A DNA stretch of 64,000 bases from Francisellaceae bacterium (lineage in GTDB: Bacteria; Pseudomonadota; Gammaproteobacteria; UBA6186; Azoamicaceae), in the NCBI GenBank assembly GCA_018703155.1, contig JABJGS010000074.1:11878-75877 (forward strand). Reading direction: 5' to 3'. The notes under the pieces were generated by a model. The model was given only the letters and a program-made list of their open reading frames with translations, had not been told where the DNA came from and did not search any database. The translations under genes and the position numbers were made by a program. Shown here piece by piece: positions 18,427 through 28,872 of this stretch (positions within the stretch are counted from its first letter, which is position 1; each line of letters starts with the position of its first letter).

Positions 18427-19392
18427 TTACCTTATATGCTCGCCAGAAGCTTGCTTATCAGCATGGTATGATGATCTGACTAAAGGGCCACTAGCAACAT
18501 TTTTAAAGCCTATAGATCTGGCATAATCACCCATCATATCAAAATCTTCTGGTGTCATATAACGTTTAACTGGTGCATGGTATCTGCTGGGCTGTAAATA
18601 TTGCCCAATAGTTAACATCTCACAATTATGCTCATGTAGGTCTTGTATAACTTTCTTTAATTGCTCATTATTTTCTCCAAGGCCAACCATAAGTCCAGAT
18701 TTGGTGGTTACTTCAGGAAACCTGGCTTTGAAGTTTTTAATTAAATCTAGTGACCATTGATAATCAGATCCTGGTCTTACTGATTTATATAAAGTTGGTA
18801 CAGTTTCAACATTATGGTTGAATACATCTGGTAGGCCCTTTGCCAAGTTATCTAGGGCTTTATCCATGCGACCACGAAAATCTGGAACCAAGACCTCAAT
18901 AGTAGTTTTTGGAGAAATTTCTCTAGTATTGTTAATACAGTTAGCAAAATGTTCTGCGCCACCGTCGCGCAAATCATCTCTGTCTACAGAGGTTATAACA
19001 ACGTAGGATAGCTCCATGTTCTTTATTGCTTTTGCCAAATTAATTGGTTCTTCAGCATCTAGTGGATCTGGGCGGCCATGACCAACATCACAAAAAGTAC
19101 AGCGACGAGTACATTTGTCTCCCATAATCATAAATGTAGCAGTGCCTTTGCTAAAACATTCATTTAAGTTAGGACAGGAAGCCTCTTCACAGACAGTAAA
19201 TAGACGACTTTCGCGTAATTTAGCTTTCAGCTTAGCTACTTTAGCCGAGCCTGTAGCTTTTATTCTGATCCAATCTGGTTTTTTTAAAAATGTAGTAGTT
19301 GTAGCAATTTTAATTGGGATTTTTGCAGTTTTTTCCCTGCCTTTTTGCTTTATCGTTGGGTTATATTCAGTCATATACAACTGCCTTTTCAT
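18427..19392 (-). CDS. lipA: Lipoyl synthase
   Basis: It has [12 protein letters not shown] and the radical-SAM motif [10 protein letters not shown]. The start could be the internal Met at 19374. Confidence 0.95.
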   Translation of the reverse strand: MKRQLYMTEYNPTIKQKGREKTAKIPIKIATTTTFLKKPDWIRIKATGSAKVAKLKAKLRESRLFTVCEEASCPNLNECFSKGTATFMIMGDKCTRRCTFCDVGHGRPDPLDAEEPINLAKAIKNMELSYVVITSVDRDDLRDGGAEHFANCINNTREISPKTTIEVLVPDFRGRMDKALDNLAKGLPDVFNHNVETVPTLYKSVRPGSDYQWSLDLIKNFKARFPEVTTKSGLMVGLGENNEQLKKVIQDLHEHNCEMLTIGQYLQPSRYHAPVKRYMTPEDFDMMGDYARSIGFKNVASGPLVRSSYHADKQASGEHIR

Positions 19393-19403
19393 TTAGCTAC
19401 ACG

Positions 19404-20045
19404 TTATGGATAAATCATATCTTTATTTGTAGCATATTGTAAATGTTTTTGAATTAGCTTTAATATTTCCGCATTTATTTTATTGTCTTCTAAGTTTGGC
19501 AAGTATGTTTTAAGTTGGGTGACCGTAAGTCCATCATAGCCACATGGATTAATAAATTGGTATGGGGTTAGATCCATGTCTATATTTAAGCTTAAGCCAT
19601 GATAACAGCATCCTTTACGTACCCTAATACCAAGAGAGCAAATTTTTTCATCGTTTATATACACCCCAGGGGCTTTATTTTTTCTGTGTGCAGTTATCTC
19701 ATAATTAGCAAGAAGATCAATAATGATTTGCTCAAATTTAGAAACTAAATCTCGAATAGTAAAAGATTTTCGGCGTATATCGAGCAAAAAATAAATAATC
19801 AACTGGCCGGGGCCGTGATAAGTAACTTGCCCACCGCGATCAGATTGGATGATTGCAATGTTGGAAGGTTTTAAAATATGTTTACTTTTACCTGCTTGCC
19901 CTTGAGTAAAGATCTGAGGGTGCTCAAGGAACCATATTTCATCGGTAGTGTCATCATTGCGAGTTTTGGTGAACAGTTGCATTTTTTCAAGAATTTCACG
20001 ATAGTCTCTTATTCCTAAATGCCTTATGATACATGTGTTTTTCAA
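19404..20045 (-). CDS. lipB: Octanoyltransferase
   Basis: It has LipB blocks (SDRGGQVTYHGPGQL, KICSLGIRVRKGCCYHGLSLN) and is adjacent to lipA. Confidence 0.92.
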   Translation of the reverse strand: MKNTCIIRHLGIRDYREILEKMQLFTKTRNDDTTDEIWFLEHPQIFTQGQAGKSKHILKPSNIAIIQSDRGGQVTYHGPGQLIIYFLLDIRRKSFTIRDLVSKFEQIIIDLLANYEITAHRKNKAPGVYINDEKICSLGIRVRKGCCYHGLSLNIDMDLTPYQFINPCGYDGLTVTQLKTYLPNLEDNKINAEILKLIQKHLQYATNKDMIYP

Positions 20046-20047
20046 CG

Positions 20048-20305
20048 TTATAATGCCATTAGCACGTCAGGATGTTTTGTTATTTCTCTATAAATATTAT
20101 CTAACTGTTCCTTATTTTTTGCCTGAAAACTTACTGTAATAGATATGAATTTGTTATTTTTACTCTCTTTAGTTGAAAGTGATCCTTCTTTTAAGTTGTC
20201 AACGTATCTGGTAAGTATTGGTAGAACAATAGTTTCAAGATTTGATTCTGCTTTACCAAAAACTTTCAAATTAAACTCACAAGGAAATTTTAGTAATTGA
20301 GTCAT
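20048..20305 (-). CDS. ybeD: YbeD/DUF493 family protein
   Basis: It is 85 aa with the FPCEFNLKVFG motif, and it lies between dacA and lipB as in E. coli. Confidence 0.8.
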   Translation of the reverse strand: MTQLLKFPCEFNLKVFGKAESNLETIVLPILTRYVDNLKEGSLSTKESKNNKFISITVSFQAKNKEQLDNIYREITKHPDVLMAL

Positions 20306-21492
20306 GATGTCATCTTGGCAGTTAAATTTTTGAAAGTTATTGACAATTTATCTTTCATTCTAGAAAGAAAACCACCCTTTTCAATTTCTTGTAATGATAT
20401 CAACGGTACTTTAGCAATAATTTTATCTTGTAATTTTACTGTGAAAGTCCCGACAATATCCCCTTGACTAATAGGAGCTTTGATAACTTCATCCGTTTGG
20501 ATAGAGGCTTGTAATTTATCATGTTTGCCCTGAGGTATAGTTACATATAAATCATTTTCTAGGCCAACAGGCATTTCTTTACCTTTGCCAAACCAAACGT
20601 TAACTGATTGAAATTTATCTTTAGCTGGGAAAATTTGAAAGGTATCGTAGAATCTAAAGCCCCAATTTAATAATTTGTTGGCTTCTTCTGTACGAGCTTG
20701 GTCGTTTTTTGTGCCCAATAATATAGCTATCAAGCGCATATTGTCGCGTTTGGCTGAGGCAACAAAACAATAGCCTGCGGCATCGGTATGGCCAGTTTTA
20801 ATCCCGTCTACATATTTATTCTTCCATAGTAGTCTATTTCTATTATATTGATTTATATTATTGTATTTATAGCTTTTTTGTGAATATATTTCATAGGATT
20901 CTGGGAATTCTTTTATAATAGCTTTAGATAGCTTAACAAGGTCGTTAGCACTGGTGTAATGTTCTGGGTGGGGAAGTCCAGTGGAGTTTATAAAATTAGA
21001 CTTAGTCATAGCAAGACGTTTGGCATAAACATTCATAAGATCAGCAAAAGAACTTTCGCTACCAGCAATGTGCTCTGCAATAGCTACTGAGCCATCGTTG
21101 GCAGATGAAATAATTATGCCCTTTATTATTTCTCTTACAGTTGCTTTGGTATTAACTTCTAAAAACATTCTGGAACCTTCAACTTTCCAGGCTTTTTTAC
21201 TGACATGGACTTTATCGTCAGGTGATAATCTTCCGCTAGCAATTTCTTTATCGATCACATATATTGTCATCATTTTAGTTAGGCTGGCTGGAGCAATACT
21301 TTCATCATTGTCATTACCAGCTAAAATTTTATCGCTATATGCATCAACAAGGACATAAGCGTTTGCATTTATTGTTGGGGGGGATATTTTTATAGTTGGT
21401 GGCTCTAGAGTATCAGCTAATGCCTGTTGGCTAAATATAAGGAAAAGAGCAATGGCATGTAATCTAAAATTGTGTAAGTCAAATTTCATCAT
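20302..21492 (-). CDS. dacA: D-alanyl-D-alanine carboxypeptidase (PBP5/6 class)
   Basis: It has a signal peptide, SxxK (ASLTKMMT), an SxN-type motif (SSANDG) and KTG (IKTGHT). Confidence 0.9.
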   Translation of the reverse strand: MMKFDLHNFRLHAIALFLIFSQQALADTLEPPTIKISPPTINANAYVLVDAYSDKILAGNDNDESIAPASLTKMMTIYVIDKEIASGRLSPDDKVHVSKKAWKVEGSRMFLEVNTKATVREIIKGIIISSANDGSVAIAEHIAGSESSFADLMNVYAKRLAMTKSNFINSTGLPHPEHYTSANDLVKLSKAIIKEFPESYEIYSQKSYKYNNINQYNRNRLLWKNKYVDGIKTGHTDAAGYCFVASAKRDNMRLIAILLGTKNDQARTEEANKLLNWGFRFYDTFQIFPAKDKFQSVNVWFGKGKEMPVGLENDLYVTIPQGKHDKLQASIQTDEVIKAPISQGDIVGTFTVKLQDKIIAKVPLISLQEIEKGGFLSRMKDKLSITFKNLTAKMTS

Positions 21493-21600
21493 TAATATTC
21501 CAAGGTTATTGTTCGCTAGAGTTTCATATCAAATGATACAGCCTTATTTACAAGAACTAAATATATTTGGTAATAATAATTTTATTTTCTGACTAATGAT

Positions 21601-22452
21601 CTAGCTAGTTATAATTCCTGGCTCGATATTATTCTCTATTAAGGTGTTTTGTATAGTTTGGATCCTAGTGTTACTAGGTAAAGGGCCTAGTTGAACTTTA
21701 TGAATACTATTATGAGGAATAATTCTTACTTGTGTGCTAGTAATAAGTCTAACTTTTTCGGCAAGAGCTTTGGCATTATCAATGTTACTAAAGGCGCCAA
21801 CTTGGATGTATGATGGCGCTGTTATCCTTTGTTGAGCCACTTTTGGTTGCTCTGTTGGGCTGATTGCTACATCATTGTTAGTCAATTGAAGAGTTCTTCT
21901 GTCAATAGCGGAAATTTCAACTTTTGCCGTACCTTTTGAGATAACTCCTAATTTATGAGCTGCGGCGTAAGATAGATCAATAATTCGGTGATCACCATGG
22001 AATGGGCCCCTATCATTAACCCTTACTATAGTTGTGCGGCCATTTTCAATATTTTTCACTTCTACATATGAAGGTAATGGTAGTGTTTTATGTGCAGCAC
22101 TCATGGCATACATATCATAGGTTTCACCATTTGAAGTCTTAAAGCCATGGAATTTTTTACCATACCAGGATGCTGTGCCATGTTGTGTAAAGTCTTTATT
22201 ATTATCTAAAACTTGGTAAGTTTTATTTTTCACTGAGTATGAGCGAGGATTACCATACTTGCTTTTCACCTCATAGCGGGGCACGGCATCTTTTACGTTG
22301 TTAAGACGTCCATAATCTGTTTGAGGAGCACTATCATTCGCATGCTTATAGGAGTGATTGTGGCCAAGATATTCTCGTTGGGAAACTTTAGCTGTTTGGC
22401 AGGCGCTTAGAAACACAATTACAAGAGATAGAATGAATCTTTTAATAATCAT
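21601..22452 (-). CDS. rlpA: Septal ring lytic transglycosylase RlpA (DPBB + SPOR domains)
   Basis: It has a lipobox (FLSAC), a DPBB block (GTASWYGKKFHGFKTSNGETYD...AAHKTLPLPSYVEV...VRVNDRGPF) and a C-terminal SPOR-like domain. Confidence 0.9.
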   Translation of the reverse strand: MIIKRFILSLVIVFLSACQTAKVSQREYLGHNHSYKHANDSAPQTDYGRLNNVKDAVPRYEVKSKYGNPRSYSVKNKTYQVLDNNKDFTQHGTASWYGKKFHGFKTSNGETYDMYAMSAAHKTLPLPSYVEVKNIENGRTTIVRVNDRGPFHGDHRIIDLSYAAAHKLGVISKGTAKVEISAIDRRTLQLTNNDVAISPTEQPKVAQQRITAPSYIQVGAFSNIDNAKALAEKVRLITSTQVRIIPHNSIHKVQLGPLPSNTRIQTIQNTLIENNIEPGIITS

Positions 22453-22491
22453 TATTTGTTACCAAGTACCTGCCTATATATAGATTCTAGA

Positions 22492-23499
22492 CTAGGAATC
22501 GAGTTTATTAAATTCTGCCTTAATAGCTCCGGCAAGTTGATAAACTGCCAGGGCATAATTTGAGCTGTGATTATATCTGGTTATAACGTAAAAATTGTTT
22601 TGCGCTAAGTATAAATCATTGTTTTGACCATTGGTAAACTCTATTAATGCAAATGTATCCTTGCTACTTAGTGACTTAGTTTGAGGGAATACATTGTATT
22701 GGGCTAGAGCTTTTAAGTTATATTCAGGTTTTGGCTTGTGGTGAGGAGCCTTTATATCTTGGTATTTATTCGAGGTGCTATAAGCTTTATGTATGACTTC
22801 CTGGTTGTCTTTCCATCCAAATTCCCGTAAATAATTACCAACACTAGCTATAGCGTGAGCTTTATTATTAATAAGGTCTACAGAACCTTTGTTTTCAAAA
22901 TTTCTTGCATAGGCTCGATAGCTAGATGGCATAAACTGAGCAATACCAATGGCGCCAGCATATGATCCTTCAAGATTGAGTGTATCTAAATTATTTTCTT
23001 TACTTAAAAGTAGGAATGCTTCAAGTTCACTACGGAAAAATTTTGCACGCCTAGGATAGTCAAAAGCTAATGTTGCAAGGGCTTGTACGACTGGGTATCC
23101 ACCTTTCATTTCACCATAAAAAGTTTCTACTCCAATGATGGATACGATAATATCTGCAGGGACATGATACTTAGCTTCGGCTTTTTCTAGGAGTTTTAGA
23201 TTTTCTTTCCAAAATTTAGCGCCAGCTTTAATTCTTTTATCTGATATGAAAATTTTTCTATATCTATCCCAGGTGAGACCCTCAGCAGGCTTACTTATCT
23301 TGTTAATAATTTCTTGTGATGATGATACTTGGCTGAAAATTTTAGTAAGCTCTGTTTTGCTATAATGATGTTTTTTTTCCATGTAGCTAATGAAGTCATT
23401 AACATCTTCGCGTTTGTGAAAATCAGAATCAGCTAGAATTTTTGCATATGGTGTTAGTATCATGGCAGTTAATAAAATATACTTACAAACTTTTCCCAT
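22492..23499 (-). CDS. mltB: Lytic murein transglycosylase B
   Basis: It has MltB blocks (IIGVETFYG, GSYAGAIGIAQFMPSSY). The start is set at the second Met (MGKVCKY), before the signal sequence. Confidence 0.85.
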   Translation of the reverse strand: MGKVCKYILLTAMILTPYAKILADSDFHKREDVNDFISYMEKKHHYSKTELTKIFSQVSSSQEIINKISKPAEGLTWDRYRKIFISDKRIKAGAKFWKENLKLLEKAEAKYHVPADIIVSIIGVETFYGEMKGGYPVVQALATLAFDYPRRAKFFRSELEAFLLLSKENNLDTLNLEGSYAGAIGIAQFMPSSYRAYARNFENKGSVDLINNKAHAIASVGNYLREFGWKDNQEVIHKAYSTSNKYQDIKAPHHKPKPEYNLKALAQYNVFPQTKSLSSKDTFALIEFTNGQNNDLYLAQNNFYVITRYNHSSNYALAVYQLAGAIKAEFNKLDS

Positions 23500-24622
23500 C
23501 AATAAACCTCCGGTGTTTCCATATAGACATGAGCATCCCAAAACCTATCATCATTGTTAACATTGATGTGCCTCCATAGCTTATTAAAGGCAGTGGCACA
23601 CCAACAACAGGTAGTAGGCCATTTACCATTGCCATGTTAACAAACAAGCAAATAAAAAACATCATTATTATTCCTGCAGCCCAAAGTCTACAAAAAGTAT
23701 CCTTTCCTTGCAGAGCTATGTATAAACCTCGAATTATAATTAATAAGTAGAGAGAAACTAATATTGCAATACCTATGAGTCCAAATTCTTCACCAAATAC
23801 CGCGAAGATAAAGTCAGTAGATCGTTCAGGAAGGTATTCAAGTTGTGACTGTGAGCCTTGTAACCAACCTCGTCCATATAATCCGCCTGAGCCAAGAGCA
23901 ATTTTAGATTGAATAATATGATAGCCGGTACCCAATGGGTCTCTTTCTGGGTTTATTAGCGTTAGGATCCGATCTCGTTGATAGTCATGGAGCACAAACC
24001 ACATGAGAGGGCAGCTTAAAATACCAGAAATAGTCATAAACATTAGTAGTTTATAGGAAATGCCAGCAAAGAAAATCACCATGAATCCCGAGCTTGCAAT
24101 AAGAATAGCTGTACCTAAATCTGGTTGTAAAGCGATCATGATTGCAGGAATGAAAACTATGGATAAGGATAAAAAAATATCTTTTAATTTTGGAGGCAGA
24201 GCACGATTATGAAAGAAGTATGCTATGCACAAAGGAACTATTAATTTCATACATTCAGATGGTTGAAATTTAATTATGCCTAGATCTAACCATCGCTGGG
24301 CTCCTTTACTTGTATTACCAAAAACTAAAACTAAGGCAAGTAGTGAAACCCCTATAATATAAAATATTACTGACCATTGCATCCAAAATCTAGGAGGTAT
24401 TTGTGCCACAATAATCATAGCAAAAAAAGAGATAATAAAATGAATGCAGTGCTTAATTAATAAGTGCATATCAGACTTTGCACTATATACTACCAACATA
24501 CTTAGAGTAAATAAGGAAAATATTCCTATAAGCATAATATAATCTAATTGGAACGATCTAAAGAATTTTCGGAGTGGGAAGTGAAATGAATTAGAGTTGA
24601 TGTTACTAAAATGATTATTCAT
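23483..24622 (-). CDS. mrdB: Peptidoglycan glycosyltransferase RodA (SEDS family)
   Basis: It has multi-TM SEDS blocks (QPSECMKL, LQPDLGTA, ERSTDFIFAV, PLPLISYGGTS) and overlaps the mrdA stop. Confidence 0.95.
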   Translation of the reverse strand: MNNHFSNINSNSFHFPLRKFFRSFQLDYIMLIGIFSLFTLSMLVVYSAKSDMHLLIKHCIHFIISFFAMIIVAQIPPRFWMQWSVIFYIIGVSLLALVLVFGNTSKGAQRWLDLGIIKFQPSECMKLIVPLCIAYFFHNRALPPKLKDIFLSLSIVFIPAIMIALQPDLGTAILIASSGFMVIFFAGISYKLLMFMTISGILSCPLMWFVLHDYQRDRILTLINPERDPLGTGYHIIQSKIALGSGGLYGRGWLQGSQSQLEYLPERSTDFIFAVFGEEFGLIGIAILVSLYLLIIIRGLYIALQGKDTFCRLWAAGIIMMFFICLFVNMAMVNGLLPVVGVPLPLISYGGTSMLTMMIGFGMLMSIWKHRRFIDGKSL

Positions 24623-26426
24623 TTAAATCAACCTTATTTAGGTAATTATTAATAACTGAAGCAGCAAATTTAGCACTACCTCTATCGTGTTCTAGGATAA
24701 CAGCAACAGCAATTTTGGGATTTTCAGCCGGAGCAAAAGCAATAAACCAGCTATGATCGCGAAGTTTTATAGGAATTTTATCATAAGCAATACGTTTAGT
24801 TATTGTGTGAACTTGAGATGTTCCGGTTTTACCTGCAGTAGGGTACTTCATAAGTCTATTAATTTTATATGCAGTACCTTTTTTATGGGTGATAACTTCT
24901 TGCATAGAGTCTACGACTAACTTCCAATGCTTAGAATTTGGGAAAATTGCTAACTGTTTAATAGCACCAGATTGTTCATAGCTAGGAAATAGGCTTAGCG
25001 CAGTTTGTTCGCCTCGATTAGCAATAATACTTGTCATATATGCTGCTTGTAATGGGCTCATGAGAGTATAACCTTGGCCAATACCAGTATTTAGGGTTTC
25101 ACCTGGATACCAGGGCTCTTTAATATTTTCTGCCTTCCACTCTTTTGATGGGGCTATACCTTCAGATGTATTAGTAAGACCGATATCTAGACTTTTTCCT
25201 AAACCGAAAGCATCAAAGCATTTATGTATTTCATCAATTTCTAAAATTCTGGAGAGATGATAGAAGAAAGTAGTACAACTTTCTCTAATAGCTTTGTTTA
25301 CATTAACCCAGCCATGGCCATCACGTTTCCAATCTCTAAAAACCTTGCTTTCTTCCGCTATTTTGTAATAGCCTGGGTCGAAAATCATGGTGCTTGGAGT
25401 AATGTATCCTTTTTCAAGGGCCCATAGTGATAATATCGGTTTAATAGTTGATCCTGGTGGATACTGTCCTGTAACAGCTCTATTAAACAAAGGTTTGTTT
25501 GGGTTCTTGAAAATTTTTTCAATTTTTTCATCATTACGTTCATGGACAAAAATATTTGGGTCAAAAGATGGCGAGCTAGCTAAAGCTAATATTTCTCCAC
25601 TACTAGGTTCGACTGCAACAACAGCCCCAATACTATTTTTCATGCTGTCAATAATATGTTTTTGTAATTCAATATCAATTGTAAGGTGCATATTATCACC
25701 AGGGGTTGGTAGCGTTTGTTGTAAGGTCCTAATACTTCGTCCTTTAGCATCAGTTTCTATATGCTCATAACCAACCTCACCACGTAATTTATCTTCTAGT
25801 GAGTGCTCTAAACCAGTTTTACCAATAAAATTTGTACCTCTAAATGTTCCAGGCTTATATTTTTTGAGTTCGTTATCAGTTATTTGGCCTATGTAGCCAA
25901 CAATATGTGCTGAATAAAGTCCATACGGGTAATATCGATTAAGGTTGGCAACAACTTCTGCTTCAGGAAAGTCATATTTAATATTTGCAAATTTAGCAAC
26001 TTCTGTTTCGGTTAAATTTTGTCGTAAAGCAACAGCTTCGTAGCGGCTTTTATATTTGCCCTGTTTTTTGAAGCTTTTTATATCTTCCGCATCTATTGTG
26101 ATTATTTTGCTTAATTCCGCAATAGAATCATCGATATTTATGGTTTTAGAGCGGTTTACTTCTAAGCTGTGACTGGGTATATTTTCGGCTAAAACTTTAT
26201 GGTTTCGATCATATATCATTCCACGGACACTAGGAATTGGGGCAATTCTGACCTGATTGTTTTTAGCTAAGTAAGAGAATTTGTTGTGTTGGATAACCTG
26301 TAGGTATATTAATCTAGAAAACAAAATTAAAAAGGCAAGACTAATCATTAGCAGCACAGAGACCGTCCTATTAAGGAATATCTGCCGATCTTTAAAATGA
26401 TCCTTCAATGCTGCTTGTTTACCCAT
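24615..26426 (-). CDS. mrdA: Penicillin-binding protein 2
   Basis: It has an N-terminal TM helix, SxxK (PPGSTIKP), KTG (AGKTGTSQ) and the PBP2 dimerisation region. Confidence 0.95.
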   Translation of the reverse strand: MGKQAALKDHFKDRQIFLNRTVSVLLMISLAFLILFSRLIYLQVIQHNKFSYLAKNNQVRIAPIPSVRGMIYDRNHKVLAENIPSHSLEVNRSKTINIDDSIAELSKIITIDAEDIKSFKKQGKYKSRYEAVALRQNLTETEVAKFANIKYDFPEAEVVANLNRYYPYGLYSAHIVGYIGQITDNELKKYKPGTFRGTNFIGKTGLEHSLEDKLRGEVGYEHIETDAKGRSIRTLQQTLPTPGDNMHLTIDIELQKHIIDSMKNSIGAVVAVEPSSGEILALASSPSFDPNIFVHERNDEKIEKIFKNPNKPLFNRAVTGQYPPGSTIKPILSLWALEKGYITPSTMIFDPGYYKIAEESKVFRDWKRDGHGWVNVNKAIRESCTTFFYHLSRILEIDEIHKCFDAFGLGKSLDIGLTNTSEGIAPSKEWKAENIKEPWYPGETLNTGIGQGYTLMSPLQAAYMTSIIANRGEQTALSLFPSYEQSGAIKQLAIFPNSKHWKLVVDSMQEVITHKKGTAYKINRLMKYPTAGKTGTSQVHTITKRIAYDKIPIKLRDHSWFIAFAPAENPKIAVAVILEHDRGSAKFAASVINNYLNKVDLNE

Positions 26427-26472
26427 GTCAACATAATAACTAATACATATTAGCTTGCCAAGGTAATATGTA

Positions 26473-26940
26473 TTAGTTTCTGTGGTAAGGGTGGTTGTTA
26501 GCTAATGACCAAAGTCTATATAGTTGCTCCGTAACCATTAACTTCACAACCTGGTGAGGTAATGTTAGATTACTTAGTGACCATGTTAAATTTGATTTTT
26601 CTAGACAACTTTTAGCTATACCGTCAGCACCACCAATAATTACAGCAAATTTATTATAATTCATAGCAAGTTTTTCAATTTGTTTGAAAAGTTCTAGAGT
26701 TGTGAATGGTGTGCCGCGTTCATCTAAACATATGATAGCCGATCCTTTAGGGATAGCTTCCAGGGTAAGTATTCCTTCTTGCTCGATTAGGCTAGCTTTT
26801 ATATTTTTATTTTTTTTGGTACTAGAAAGGTTGATGAAATTTAGTTGCCAAGGATATCTAAATCTATTTTGGTATTCTTGAATGCCGGTAACAAGCCATT
26901 TGGGAGGCTTGTTACCAATAGAAACTATATTAAATTCCAT
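26473..26940 (-). CDS. rlmH: 23S rRNA (pseudouridine1915-N3)-methyltransferase
   Basis: It is a 155-aa SPOUT protein (ICLDERG, IIGGADG, LSNLTLPHQ) in the conserved position. Confidence 0.93.
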   Translation of the reverse strand: MEFNIVSIGNKPPKWLVTGIQEYQNRFRYPWQLNFINLSSTKKNKNIKASLIEQEGILTLEAIPKGSAIICLDERGTPFTTLELFKQIEKLAMNYNKFAVIIGGADGIAKSCLEKSNLTWSLSNLTLPHQVVKLMVTEQLYRLWSLANNHPYHRN

Positions 26941-26943
26941 ATA

Positions 26944-27276
26944 TTAGGCTATAGCGGTTATCGCTGGCGTGTCGCCACCCCAAAATCTATCAATTTGATA
27001 ATAATCTCTAGTTTGCTCAGTCATTACATGAACAACAACATCACCAAGATCAATTAAGACCCACTCTCTATCTTCAGAGATACCTAAAGGTTTTGTTTTA
27101 TGTTGTTTAGCCTGGCTGACCACATTTTTTGCAATTGCTTTTAAGTGTACACTAGAGTTTCCAGTAGCAATAATCATGTTATCAGTGACACTGGTCATAC
27201 TAGATACATCTAAATTACTAATGTTTAGAGCTTTAAGCTCCTCTAAGGCATTTATAACTGTAATTTCTAATGTCAT
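26944..27276 (-). CDS. rsfS: Ribosome silencing factor
   Basis: It is 110 aa with RsfS blocks (TDNMIIATGNSSVHLKAI, WVLIDLGDVVVHVM, YYQIDRFW). Confidence 0.9.
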   Translation of the reverse strand: MTLEITVINALEELKALNISNLDVSSMTSVTDNMIIATGNSSVHLKAIAKNVVSQAKQHKTKPLGISEDREWVLIDLGDVVVHVMTEQTRDYYQIDRFWGGDTPAITAIA

Positions 27277-28283
27277 ATAGTGTTTTCCTCATGTGGCATC
27301 GTCGTAAACCCTTGCATGGTTTGACAACCAGCTAAATAAAGACACAGGGATAGCATCATACCCCAACTATCACCAAATGTTAAACCTTTTATTACTTTCT
27401 CTATCCGTGCACATAATTGTAATAAGTTATTTAAATCTAGTGTAGTTAAACTTTTTAATTGCATTTTGCGTGTATCTGCAATTTTGTTGAAGGTAAAAGA
27501 AGGTGCTTTACCATAGATGGTAAAATTATAAAGAGCTCTAATTTCTTTCGTAATTGCCATAAGAACAAGGTAGTCGGAAGTGTTGTTTTTTTGCAGGGTA
27601 TCTACTATTGTCATGCATGCTTGTTTATTCCCTGATAATGCTACATTAATGAGGGAGAAAGCATTGCATCTAGAGTCATCAAATATAATTTGCTCAACTT
27701 CAGATAAATTAATTTCACCTTTACTTTTAATTGCTGCAATATTAGTAAGGCACATCTGTATCCCTAAAGGATTAGCGTAATTACTAATTGATAAATATTC
27801 ACAAAGTTCATTATCGATGTTATAACCTGCGTGCTTAAATAGTTCTTTAGTCCAGTTTTTAAAATCAAAAACGTTAATATCAAAACACTGAATAGCTAGA
27901 TGTGATTTAACAATATTGTTAAACCATGGATATTTTGCAAGAGCGGCATTTGATTTATTATAAGTGAAAAGAAGAAAGTTGGTAAGATTATCAAGATTAG
28001 ATATTTCGTTTAGGGCCGAGATAGCCTTTTTATTCAGGGTCAGGGAGTCTAGGTTAATTTCAAGTAATTTATTATCAGAGAATAAATCTGTAGCTGTAAC
28101 TTCGTTAATTAGGCTATCCCAATCTACAAAATTTGTAGAGCTGACCATCTTACTATAAGTATAGTCATTAATGTCGGTATATACCTTTTTTGCGTAGGTG
28201 GCCCACCATACACTTGTACCATACACTAAACACATTTTTGCGGACAGGTTTTGGTTTCTTAATTTGTTTGCACTAATTTTCAT
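27273..28283 (-). CDS. holA: DNA polymerase III subunit delta
   Basis: The size (336 aa), helical C-terminal half and conserved position between lptE and rsfS support the call. The sequence itself is divergent, so the call rests largely on synteny. Confidence 0.7.
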   Translation of the reverse strand: MKISANKLRNQNLSAKMCLVYGTSVWWATYAKKVYTDINDYTYSKMVSSTNFVDWDSLINEVTATDLFSDNKLLEINLDSLTLNKKAISALNEISNLDNLTNFLLFTYNKSNAALAKYPWFNNIVKSHLAIQCFDINVFDFKNWTKELFKHAGYNIDNELCEYLSISNYANPLGIQMCLTNIAAIKSKGEINLSEVEQIIFDDSRCNAFSLINVALSGNKQACMTIVDTLQKNNTSDYLVLMAITKEIRALYNFTIYGKAPSFTFNKIADTRKMQLKSLTTLDLNNLLQLCARIEKVIKGLTFGDSWGMMLSLCLYLAGCQTMQGFTTMPHEENTI

Positions 28284-28872
28284 TTAATTTATTACGTTCA
28301 TTATCTTTATTGCCTTTATTGCCTTTATTGCCTTTATTGCCTTTATTGCCTTTATTGCCTTTAATATTTTTTTTATTCATAGATTTTGCAAAGATATTTA
28401 TAATTTGGTTAGCAGCTTTTTTTCTAAGATCATCTTTGGCGATATTTTTTTCTTGGTTTTGTATGACAGGGTTATTGGGGGTAATACTTATTTGAGAACT
28501 TGTTGTCGCTGTGGTGGCAATAATAACTTTGCCTTCCATATTAATAATTTCAATCGGGATGCTTATAATGATACGTATTCGCTCAGGAAGGTTGGATTGA
28601 GAATATGCTAAAACTTGTTCATTAAACGAATGGCTATGTATTCTCAGGGTGTAAAGGTTGATATTTTCAGGAGATGTATTATAAACTTTAATATGTTTCA
28701 GTTTTAATAAATACTCTAGTCTTTGCTCAAGAATATTGTCTCTTCCTTGTATATCAAGGAGGATATTTTTTACATTTGCAGGCAAATCTATATTGCCTCG
28801 CAAATGGAAACCACAACCAATAAAAGTTAATAAACATAATAAAAATAGTTTCTTAGGAATGCAGTGTGTCAT
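28273..28872 (-). CDS. lptE: LPS assembly lipoprotein LptE with (KGN)n C-terminal tail
   Basis: It has a lipobox (LTFIGC) followed by GFHLRG (typical of LptE), and it lies between leuS and holA. The C-terminus is KGNKGNKGNKGNKGNKGNKDN. Confidence 0.75.
   Translation of the reverse strand: MTHCIPKKLFLLCLLTFIGCGFHLRGNIDLPANVKNILLDIQGRDNILEQRLEYLLKLKHIKVYNTSPENINLYTLRIHSHSFNEQVLAYSQSNLPERIRIIISIPIEIINMEGKVIIATTATTSSQISITPNNPVIQNQEKNIAKDDLRKKAANQIINIFAKSMNKKNIKGNKGNKGNKGNKGNKGNKDNERNKLNEN
28300..28362. repeat. 9-bp tandem repeat (tttattgcc) x6-7 in the lptE 3' end
   Basis: Perfect copies run from about 28306 to 28359 and encode the in-frame Gly-Asn-Lys repeats. Confidence 0.9.

Noticed and set aside
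28310-28495. 61-aa plus-strand ORF starting MPLLPLLPLL
   Set aside because: It is the antisense of the lptE (KGN)n repeat and lies fully inside lptE.
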